Origin: Macrostomum lignano
Taxonomy: Eukaryota
Length of the DNA stretch: 59,900 bases
Assembly (NCBI GenBank): GCA_002269645.1
Contig: NIVC01004116.1
Coordinates: 1-59,900, forward strand
Direction: 5' to 3'
A program made the position numbers and the translations under genes. The notes below the pieces were generated by a model, which searched no databases, was not told the origin of the DNA, and saw only the letters and a program-made list of their open reading frames with translations. This document shows, in pieces, positions 1-9,726 of the stretch (position 1 is its first letter; each line of letters opens with the position of its first letter).

Positions 1-340
1 GTTGTGTGCACCCTGGCGCACTTTAAGCGACATTGGCACACAACGCGGCGAGAGGCATTACTGCCCATTCCGCCGACTCCCCTGAGCAGGCATACAAGCG
101 CGCGGATACGTACGCAGGCACACACTCACACAGGAGTGTACAGCGGCCCCAACTTTATTTATCGTTAGGCATGTACACTTCACTGCGCCTTGGGGGGTTG
201 GCTCTCAAGGCCGTTAATTGCACGAGCAGAGCCAAGCCGAGATTCCAATTCAGCCCCAAAATAATGTGACTGCACTTGGAATCGAGTCTGGGTCGCTGGC
301 ACACCAGAGCAGCTGCGCTACCGCTGGGCTACGGCCCCCC
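1..340 (-). mobile_element. tRNA-derived SINE, family A (3' end at window edge)
   Basis: Reverse complement aligns along its length with copies at 51481-51815 and 56919-57270. Head GGCCGTAGCCCAGCGG (A box) ... GACTCGATTCCAAG (B box); central TGTACA hairpin. Confidence 0.85.
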
Positions 341-627
341 TTTCCGCAACACCGTTATAGATCTCGAAATCTGGCTGTAGAAAAAAAAACTTCTGTTCAG
401 GATAAACATGCAACACAAGTACGAGAGAAAAAATTCTGGGAAATCTGAAATTCAGTATTGACTTTGCTTATTATTTTTCAGTCTCGTTGACTATCGAATG
501 ACTGACTCCGGCGCTGGCCCGCGGATTCGAACCCCGGGACGCCGGTTTTTTCATCGCTTACTCGACACTGAAAGCTCAAATTTCAGCAACCCGGTCAGCC
601 GATGTCAAAAACGCAGACCATTTTTTT

Positions 628-1285
628 TGTTGTGCAATCGTGCCCGCCCTCCTGCCCCGCCCCAACAACCCTTCCAGTCTGCCCAAGCCTCCAATCAATA
701 ATCAATGCGTACGCCGACCAAGCTAACTCGAACCACCTGCTCCTACCGTACCATACATTAGTTCTTAAAGTACTTAGTATTCAAGTACTGGTAGGTCAGA
801 TAAAAAATATAGAATAAAGGGCCTGTCAACTTAAGCTCATGATGTCGGTCCCTAATTATCCCATGCTTGTTCTCCCTATCCGGCTATCCCAAGTCCAATA
901 TGCTCGTTTTCGTCGTTTTTTGCCAAACCCAGCTTCCGGTAATCCTAGTGTCACCGTGAGCAGAATGACGTAGCATTTGTGTACATAGGTTACTGGGGCT
1001 CCAATTTATGAGATTAAGCTAAGTTGACAGGCCTTTGCTGTCTAGTGGGCAGCCGCGGTCTTGAGTCCTCTTGGTCCTATCTTTGGCTACTTCAAAACAA
1101 ACTTCTTGTCTACCATAACAAGTGTGGACTGCATCGGCTTTGCACGGAAGCTCGCCAGTTCTTTTCTGACATTTTTACTGCTTCTCTTTAGGGCGCGGGA
1201 CGGGAGCTCTATGGGGACCTGGGGCTCGCAGTTACCCAACAGGGTTCAGCTGTAGGCGTCGCTCCGAAGGACGGGGCTCACAACA
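628..1285 (-). mobile_element. Short solo LTR (internally deleted relative to 7680-9132), interrupted by a MITE
   Basis: Termini TGTTGTG...CACAACA. Both ends are homologous to 7680-9132 (ATGTTGTGAGCCCCG, CCCCAGGTCCCCA, AGCCGATGCAGT, GCGTACGCATTGATT, GGGCACGATTGCAYAACA). Flanks TTTT/TTAT are a possible 4-bp TSD with 1 mismatch. Confidence 0.7.
816..1036. mobile_element. MITE (about 220 bp) nested in solo LTR
   Basis: Terminal inverted repeats AAAGG(G)CCTGTCAACTTA at 816-833 and TAAGTTGACAGGCCTTT at 1020-1036; absent from the homologous LTR copy. GGCCTGT termini recall PIF/Harbinger MITEs; no clean TSD. Confidence 0.7.
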
Positions 1286-1904
1286 TTATGGTGATTAAAA
1301 GTCACACACATCGGACACAACTTTTTTCTTTTAAAGACTTTCTTACGAGAGTAAATCGTAATATCAATCAGGCTTCAGATATTCGTAGCGCAGAAGTCCT
1401 CAGCATTATTGGCTCAGCCGCTCTGCACTCCCAAGCTGCTTGTCTTCATCGCCTCGCACCAGCCGCCTCCTCGTGACGACAACCCGGCTTCGCCTGGCCT
1501 CCGTCAGGATTCGCTGATTCTCCGCCGTCCTGCACGTTGTTGGATGCTGACTTCTGAAATCAACCGAGGCCGCTTCGTCATCAACGTCGACACCGTCGTC
1601 TTCGTCGTTGTTTCCGCCGACTTCGTCGAGAAGGCCACGGTGGCGGCGGCTGTTCACTGAGCGCAGGTGCGGCTGACCGGCGGCACGCCGACCGTCCAGC
1701 AGCTGGTAAATGCTGGTGAGAGCGCGGTCCACTTGCTGCTTGCGCACCGCCTTGTAATCGTGTGGAATAGGCAAGAGTTAGTGCTGTTTCACTTGCTTCC
1801 CAGCTACTCAAAGTAGTTTTTGATAGTAAATAGTTACCGGCATATTTTCAGAAGGGCACATAGGTGCAACGTCTTCGGTGACACTGTTGCACAGCTGAGG
1901 CAAT

Positions 1905-2062
1905 TCTCCCCATTTCAATGACTCCTGAGCACATTCAAGCGCGCCAAGAATTACGCAGACACGCACTAATACACACGCTCACACAGGGTGTACAGCGGCC
2001 CTGACTAATCTTCATGCATGTACACTCTCTGTGCCTTTGGGATTGGCCCTCATGGGGGCCAC
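1905..2062 (-). mobile_element. SINE family B fragment (central hairpin domain and 3' part)
   Basis: Reverse complement GGCACAGAGAGTGTACATGC...GTCAGGGCCGCTGTACACCCTGTGTGAGCGTG matches 19060-19210 and 48600-48750. Confidence 0.75.
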
Positions 2063-2626
2063 GCGTTGCAACGGTCAAGCAACCCAGTGCTCACCTGTTC
2101 CTTCTCGTCTCCGACTGTCGCTCCTTCGCCGCTCGAAGTCGAACACCGGCTCACTCGGTCCTCTTAGCTGTCCGTTGCTCATCTGGGTGATGAAAATCGG
2201 CGACTGCTGCGGCGTCTCATCGACCGGCGCCAGAGGACTTTTCCTCGATGCTGCCGACGTGGAGGAAGCCGACGCCAGGCCGCCAGACGTTGATGGCATA
2301 TCGTCGAACAGGTCGCGAGCCAGGCGATGCAACGCTGAGTTCAGGCGGGACGGCAAACCCAACGGGTTGGTGGCCGGGTTTGCGACGTACGGCTTGGTGG
2401 TGAGCGAGCGATTCGGCGCTGAGGGCTGCGTGAGTTTTCAGATTTAAGGTCGGGGTTTATTGAATGTTCGATTTAGTTGAGCCATAAGCCAAGAAAAACT
2501 GCTGTGTTTACTGCGGTTGAGGCACGTGCAGGTACGGCTGCTTCACATGCCGGTTAGTACACAAGTTAGTGCTCATTAGCTGTTCTTTCTATTTTACTTT
2601 TTCACTTTTTGAAAGTTTATTTCAGC

Positions 2627-2628
<2 letters not shown>

Positions 2629-2677
<49 letters not shown>

Positions 2678-2678
2678 T

Positions 2679-2744
<66 letters not shown>

Positions 2745-2745
2745 T
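2629..2745. repeat. (AAT)n microsatellite; expanded 3' tail of the adjacent CORE-SINE
   Basis: Near-perfect AAT run directly abutting the 3' end of the minus-strand SINE; the copy at 37249 ends in ATTATTATTAT. Confidence 0.9.
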
Positions 2746-3075
2746 GACTACATCTGCCCCAATTGGGCCAGATGTGCAACCGATAGCTCAGCCGCAGCTA
2801 TTGCACGCAAGGACGACTAAAGTAACGTAAGTAGTCTTTGATTGCACGGCGCATCTGAAGGCTGCGTACGGCTGTTCAGTCCATGGACTGGGGGGTCGCC
2901 ACACACCCTCAATTACCCCAGCTAATGCTGGTACCCATTTTACAGCTGGGTGAACTGAAGCAATGCAGAGTTAAGTGTCTTGCTCAAGGATACAAATTGT
3001 TCCAGTGGAATTGGGAATCGAACCCCCGACCTTCAAGTCGTGAGTCCGACGCTCTAATCACTGGGCTCAAACCCC
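2746..3075 (-). mobile_element. tRNA-derived CORE-SINE (MIR-like core)
   Basis: CCATTTTACAGCTGGGTGAACTGAAGCAATGCAGAGTTAAGTGTCTTGCTCAAG resembles the MIR CORE consensus. tRNA head with B box GGTTCGATTCC. Full-length homologue at 37249-37557. Confidence 0.85.
2808..2840. mobile_element. 33-bp palindromic micro-element with 8-bp TSD
   Basis: CAAGGACGACTAAAGTAACGTAAGTAGTCTTTG flanked by ATTGCACG at 2800-2807 and 2841-2848. The sister SINE copy has the empty site (single ATTGCGCG). Confidence 0.75.
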
Positions 3076-3734
3076 CCTTAGGTACGGTGATAACTGTTTT
3101 AGGCATGGTTTAGTTAATCTCATCCCATTCACAGTGAGTGGCTACAGTCAGCCGTTGAAAGCAACTCGAGTCAAGCATTAACCGCATCGAAAACACCGCA
3201 CAGCATTTGTTTCAGTTTTGCTCACCGCTGATCCACTTTGCAGCGCCCGGCTCTGCAGCTCGGCCACTTGGGCCCAGTCGGCCGTCAACTTTTCTGTGTC
3301 GCCTCGGCTCAGGCGGGACAGGGGCACAGGGTCGGCCGGAACTGGACCTTAGATCGAACCGCCTCCTCCCAGGGGTTGCGTTTGCGTTTCTTCACGGCTT
3401 GAAACACGCTCAGCGTGGCGAATTCTGGCGCCTTAGACTGGCGCGCCTCCAGCGGGCGCATGAACCTGCAAAGCAGCGCGAAATTTACAATTCATTTACA
3501 ACATAAAGAGTCTATAAGCTTTCAGAAGTTATGCGGAAACTTTCCCTGAATGCAATCTCCCCGTCTTCTGATTGAATTAACTAATATTATATCATTTTCA
3601 ATACTGGGGTAGGGGATCAAAGGTTTTTGCTCTATTTCGATTTGCCCTATAGCTGATGCTAGTGATGCTTTTCACATTTCGTAGGTCAATTCGAGGTGCT
3701 TCCTTGTGATTTTTGATCGTTAAATTGTACTTGT

Positions 3735-3945
3735 GTTCAGGGGTGTACAGCGGTCTTTACTTCCAATCGTCAGGCATGTACACTCTCTGTACCCTGGAGG
3801 CTGGCCTTCATGGGTTTGGATCTCACGGCATCCCCTCGGCCAATTTTTGCGCAAAAGCTCCAAACGAATGCGGCCGCGCACGGAATCTAACCAGGGGTCG
3901 TGGCGCGCGAGAGTCATTCGTGTTTACCGCACTCTGCCTCCCTCG
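3735..3945 (-). mobile_element. tRNA-derived SINE, family B
   Basis: Reverse complement has A-box-like GGCAGAGTGCGG, B-box-like GGTTAGATTCC, then CCATGAAGGCCAGCCTCCAGGGTACAGAGAGTGTACATGCCTGAC. Confidence 0.75.
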
Positions 3946-5467
3946 GTAACAATATTGTTTTCCCTCACAAACACACTCATACAGTCCCAGGGCGTTGTAT
4001 TTGGTTGTAGACTGATAGAAATCTATCTGAAGCATCCTATCCATACCTACGAGTGAGCACGGCACCAAAGGCCTTACCTGGGCAAGCTCATGTCAATAAA
4101 GTCCGGATACTGCTCGGCACTGGGCAGTCTCTCCAGCAGCAGAGTCGGCTCCCGGATTGCCTGATCGCGCAGCGCCACAAAGCGCTTCTTCTCCTGGTCC
4201 CGGTGAGCCGCCACCTGCCCTGCTGCTTTGCTAACGCCAACTGTCGCCTCTCCAATCTGGTGCCCTCGCGCACATTCACCTTTAGTAGGCATTCGCCGAA
4301 CGCCGTGTCCTTCTGATTGTAGGCTAAGTCGATGCCGCGGTCCAGAATCAGCCGTCTGCGCCTATTGAAGTCCCGTTCTTGCGCTCTACGCCTGGCTGCC
4401 ATTATTTTAGTTGTGAGGCAGCAACTGCTAAGTCTAGCGAGTCTCGGGTACAAATTTTTACTTGAAATTCCTTCGTCTGCGTTCCAGTATGAGCTCAGCA
4501 CTTGCTTGCTTCCCTCCAGTTTCTCTCCAGCTTCCCCTGCTTACTTTACCATTTATATAGCCACGTCTGTCAAGTTAGGGTCCCGTCTGCTTTCTTAGCA
4601 TAACATTAGCCAGTTGACATATAGCAAGTCACTGTGCTCAAGGCCCCGTCGTCTCCCCAAAGCAAACTCATCACTCAATAGCAGCTGCGCACACTCTCTC
4701 GATCTTACTACACCTACATCTTCAGAAGAGCAAAATGAAGCTAGATGCTCTACAAGAGCTGACCGTTACACAATGCACTGGGGGGGGGGGTCGGATTGTG
4801 ACTTGGGAATTTTAACTTTATTGTACTTCTTGAGAGGTGCGGGAAATTGCAGTCATGGCAAAGAGGAAGCCTACCTCTATGCCGGGGTGTGCAGTTCTCC
4901 AGACACTGTGGCTAAAGATAAAGTGCGTCAACCAAGGAGAGAATACCGCAAAGGCATTTATCAAGCTTATTTTTAATTAATTTTCTGTCACAATGTTGCT
5001 TGAAAGGATTGTCTAGAATTCTTTTAAATCATACGTCCAAAAATGACCCCTATATATCTTTTGCTTAATACCTGAAGTCTGAAATACTGTCTATTGAGCT
5101 ACAATATATACGATCTATAACTGCTGTCAAACGATCAGACTCGTGTCCATACATTTTTCCTGGAAATACAATGTACATGTACGAGTGTCCGTCCTGCCGT
5201 AGTGTGTGCTGCAGTGGTACCTGTTCTATATAACAGCTGACTACATGAGTCCATCGTCGATTTTCTGGAAGCAAACACGTTATCGACTCATACCCTATAC
5301 AAATGATGAGTGCATGGCCACTGTCATATGTCAGCCAGATGTATGAATGCACTGGATAAAAAACTATTTTAGTAAGCGAATGAAAAATATAAATTTTGTG
5401 GGAATATAGTTAGTTGTCTTTGGTAGAATCTAAAGAGGATGTGAACTTTAAAGTGAAGAGTTCGCTT

Positions 5468-6185
5468 GTGGTCCAGAGTGAGGCCCAGGCAGCGGACCTG
5501 CTTCTCCATAGAAATATTCTTCCCATAGAGGGTGAGGGGCTTAATGGTCCAGAGCATGCCTTCGACCGCGAGATGTTCGCAGTTTGTTGGTAAACATGAC
5601 CGCCGTGGTTTTCGACTCTGAGAGTCTAAGGCCACATTGGTTTGCCCAACGCTCCGCTCGTCCCAGAAAGCCCTGCAGAAGGTGCGGCCGTCCCCTGCCC
5701 CTCTCCTCTCCTGCGTAGAGCCCTCCTCAGGCTCAACCGCAGAGTCCTCAGAGCAGTCAGCATGGCCCTCTCCGGGCATGGCTGCTTCTCTCGCCACCGC
5801 TTCCTTCAGGGCCAAGTACCCGAGGAGCGGTGCCCCTTCTGCCGCTCAGGCAGTGAAAACGCCGAGCATTTTATCTGCCACTGCCCGGTTTTCACCAGGG
5901 CCAGGCTTACTCACCTCGGGCCAAACCCGGTTCTCTCCGACGTTTGCAGGCCCGAGAGCATCCCGCTGCTCGCCCGGTACCTCAGGGACACCGGACGAGC
6001 TGAATTCTTCCCCACCGTTGGTGAGGAGGACCGCGCTGCAGGCGAGACCGACGGGTCCCCCTGAGCGACACCACTTCAACGGAAGTCATTGGTCGCCAGG
6101 GGCTAGCGAAATGGGCGGTCTCCTCCGCCTCCTCGCTGCATCCGCCGGACGCCCCCTGCAGCTACTCGTAAGTCAAGTAAGTCAA
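5468..6185 (+). mobile_element. 5'-truncated, 5'-inverted non-LTR retrotransposon (RNase H/CCHC type, I/R1/Tad-like group)
   Basis: 5642-6064 (+) encodes the ORF2 C-terminal zinc knuckle (LSGHGCF...CPFC...ENAEHFICHCP). 5468-5630 (-) encodes the RT end (KTTAVMFT...PLTLYG...VRCLGLTLDHK). Tail (AAGTC/AAGT)n. 13-bp TSD GAAGAGTTCGCTT at 5455-5467 and 6186-6198. Confidence 0.9.
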
Positions 6186-6211
6186 GAAGAGTTCGCTTTA
6201 GCACACTAGAC

Positions 6212-6220
6212 AGAGAGACG

Positions 6221-6280
<60 letters not shown>
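6212..6280. repeat. (GA)n microsatellite
   Basis: Direct inspection. Confidence 0.9.
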
Positions 6281-6283
<3 letters not shown>

Positions 6284-6647
6284 ATTCTTTGTCAGGCAGG
6301 TCTGTAGAGCTCGTTTCCTCAATGTAGTCTTCCTCCGGAGTTGTCTTCTTGACTTCTAATAAAGTCGGCCGAATATGAGAGCACTTTAATGACGTAACAA
6401 TTCAATCCGTCGACGTCAATATATTCATCGAGTGCATAAATCTCATCTTTTCGCCATAGAAGGTAACATAATTCATCTTCTCGATATAAATAGTAACATG
6501 ATTCATTTCTTCTCTATAAATAGTAACATGATTCATAGTTTAAGTTTTGCTGCGTATGTGTGCGTTGATCTACTGACAGTAGCATTCTACGTACAAGAGT
6601 CAAAATGATCGAGAAGCCCGAAACATTCGGTCCCGATTTCTCTACGC

Positions 6648-7513
6648 TAGGGGTGCTCGGGTTTCCATTTTTTCGGGTTCGGAGTAGAACTCAAACCCGA
6701 AGCTATAACCCCGAACCCCGAACCCGACCCGAACACCCTACCCGAACCCGAACCCGACCCGGACCCAAAATCCAATCCGACCCGACCTCGAAATTCTACC
6801 CGAAAAAACATCAATACTCAACCAGAATCAAAATAGCTGCACTATTTTTCGTATTTTTAAGCGCGCTTGAAAAGTAACACTGCAGTATCATGTCGAGACA
6901 CTGCAAAAGGGTTATATTATCTGCTTTTCTTCAAGGGCTCCAAGTTCTCTAATGTCCAAGGCTTCATCACACCATAAGTCATAACCTGAATCAAAAACTG
7001 TTTCAAAGGAATAAAGGCGAGAAAAAACAAGTTTTCTATTTTTTCTACTCCATTCTATTCAACGAAATCTTTTTTCTCCAAAGATGGTATCGTATCGTTT
7101 CGTACCGGCTTTACATTTTATTTAGCACTGCCTCTCTTTGACTCTCTCACTCACTAATAGTGACAGGCTCTACATACCATAATACCAATATGGTCTTCTC
7201 TTGCTTGGAGAAGGCCATAATATTATAAATTCATTTTTTTTCTAAACGGATTCTTGACGAAGCCTTAATTTGTCATTTGTGTAAAATTGTTGCGCATTAT
7301 AAGGTAAGGTAGCATATTAGAATGATATTTATAACGATTTAAATAACTAAACATACACGAAAAAAACCTGGAAATACTCAGTTTACGCTTGATTTCGTTT
7401 CAACTCGTAAAAATATAAAAAACCCGAAAACCTTGAACCTGTATCAAAACCCGACCAGAACCCCGAACCCGACCCGAATGCCTACCCCGAACCGCGAACC
7501 CCAAACACCCCTA
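6648..7513. mobile_element. Non-autonomous hAT-like DNA transposon (MITE, 866 bp)
   Basis: TIRs TAGGGGTGCTCGGG / CCCCAAACACCCCTA; clusters of subterminal ACCCGA/CCCGAA repeats at both ends; flanks CTCTACGC and CGTCTACGC (about 8-bp TSD with one indel); no ORF. Confidence 0.85.
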
Positions 7514-7679
7514 CGTCTACGCCAATCTCTTCATTTGGAGCCAAAATAGCTCCCGTGCCTAAAACCGAACACTTTCGAATTTGGGGATCTCTATGAGGAG
7601 AAATGGGATAAATGGGGTTTTATTATAAGTCGACTCGCGCACGTTTAGTGACGTGATCTCAATTACAGCTGTGATCTTA

Positions 7680-9132
7680 TGTTGTGAGCCCCGAGCCCCT
7701 TCGGAGCGAGCCTAACCATGTCGGAAGCTGCGACCCCCAGGTCCCCAGTCCAGCTGGGCTCCCGTCCTGCGCCATAGGGAGAAGCAGGAAAAGAACAGTG
7801 ATGGGTTCGGCCTTTTTAAGCCTGTAGCTTCGGGCCTCAGAACTCAGAAATGAATCTCTAAGAGCTCTGGCCTCTCACTCCTGTCAGATGGTCAGCCCCA
7901 TGGTAGCTATGATTGTGGGTGAGCAGCTAGGTCCTATAGCTAAGAGAAGACAGCGAGAGACAAGCATGGGGAATTTGAAAGGTAGAAATTAGCTAACCGG
8001 CAGGCTAACTAACCCGCTGCCACCAGTCCGTGCTGCCCATGGGCTACGGTCTGCGATGCTTCACGCCTGCCCCTATCTTCAGCAGGTTAAGGCTGGTGGA
8101 AGGTCTGCACCCTCTATTTGCCGCTGGCAGGCGCAGAACCCCCCTCCCAACGCTGTCGCGCAAGTCGACCCAGGGGTACCCGTCCCGCGTGTGTTCAAGG
8201 CAGACCCCTAAACCCACCCCAACCAGGTGGCCTCCAGACCCCAGGGAGTTGATAGGTGTGGTCATAAATCATGAACAAAACCGAATAAAAGTCACTTGTC
8301 TAGACATCCTGGCGCCAAAAGTGACTGCAGAAAACCCATAACTCAAAGGAGCAGGCAATAGAGCGAGTGGGAAGGAGGCTGGAAAGACCTCTTTGACCCA
8401 GACAGGCTGGAGCCAAAAGTGACAGCTATACCGCAATAAATCACTAAAAATAGTGAAAAAGTCACAAATCGGGGGTCAGACTGAGATAAAAACATTCCTT
8501 CCAGACTTAGTGTCGCCTGTCTAGACTGTTAGAGGTCAATCCGCATCATACCCAGACTGCCTTGACCTTCAACCAAGCGTACGTAAACACCCAAAAATAG
8601 AATCCTAAAGGAAATACATTAAGTCCCTAACACACACTAATTAATAGTAATGTCATAAAATAACATAGGACTCAGCCTAGATGAGAGAATAGAGAGAAAA
8701 TCCTAAGCTAGCCTACTGACAGTAGGGGGAAAAGCGCATCGGAGCTAAATGTGCGGTTTTAAGATTGAAAAAAGGTGCGCCCTCATCAGCAGTTACTCAA
8801 GAACTTAGCCGATGCAGTTCGCCGTGCACTTTTTATATGGTAGACGAAGTTTTGTTCAATAGCCAACGTGGAGGCGGACCAAACGCGAGCAAGGGGGGTG
8901 CCCACCAGACAGCGACTTCATTACAGTATTCTTAATTTAATTGTCCTACGCGTACATAAATTTTAAATAAATTAAGAACAACTGTACGGTATGGGGGGAC
9001 GGGGTGAGGTGCAAGGTGGCGTGATCAGCGACAGCGTACGCATTGATTTTGGATAGAGAAAAATAGAGGGTGGGGCAGCGTGAAAGGCTTGGGGTGGGGC
9101 ACGAGGGCAAAAGGGGGCACGATTGCATAACA
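7680..9132 (+). mobile_element. Solo LTR (long form, 1453 bp)
   Basis: TGTTGTGAG...GCATAACA termini; both ends homologous to 628-1285; flanks CTTA/GTTA (4-bp TSD, 1 mismatch); no gag/pol ORF. Confidence 0.7.
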
Positions 9133-9726
9133 GTTAAGGCTCGTTCACAACGCCATCAAATAGGGCCAAATTTCGTGTGACCACATAACTTGTACATAAA
9201 ATTTGATTCCTTTGTACTTAGGTCGTGTGTGGCTCATTTGATGACAATGCGAATGTGCTCATTTGATAAAATTTACGGCAGAAATGCCATATATAACAAA
9301 AGCATTTTTCTGACGAAATGTCGGATTAAGAACCATTTTTGATTCAATAAATTTCCTGTAAATAAGAACTTTAAGATTTTTGGCAAAGTTTCAAATATAG
9401 GCATGGAAAATCTTAAAATATCAGCTGATCTGCTCTCTACCCCCACTCAGCGCGCAAAACAACTCATCTCATCTGGCTAGCTGCGTGACGAAGATGGATT
9501 TGATTGACTGACCATAATTGAAATAAACCTAAAAGGACTGAATTGATGTTATAAATTTCCAATATCTATTACTAAACAAAATTACCTGTACGCCTAATAA
9601 TCAGAAAAAATATATTCTGCATAAACTGCATAATACTAAGATTAAGTGTCTAATTTCTTGTAGATTTTTAATTTATCTGACTGAAGAATTATTGACACTT
9701 GACAACAAACAAGTCAAAATTTTCAA

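Larger units (their letters stand above)
1406..4402 (-). pseudogene. Uncharacterised 4-exon gene with apparent 1-nt frameshifts (pseudogene or sequencing errors); about 415 aa if repaired
   Basis: Exons 4402-4078 (ATG MAARRRAQERDF...; donor CAG|GTAAGG), 3465-3226 (acceptor TTTGCAG|; donor |GTGAGC), 2425-2095 (donor CAG|GTGAGC), 1750-1406 (branch ACTAAC, AAG|; stop). High GC3 codons. Phases match only after +1 nt in exon 1, +1 nt in exon 2 and a net shift in exon 3. Confidence 0.65.

Noticed and set aside
515-552. Isolated B-box-like GGTTCGAATCC on the minus strand
   Set aside because: No A box or D arm upstream and a mismatched T stem; at most a relic.
9483-9487. RCGTG hypoxia-response core upstream of BNIP3
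   Set aside because: A 5-bp motif is expected by chance and the start site is unmapped; the prior from vertebrate BNIP3 is not evidence here.
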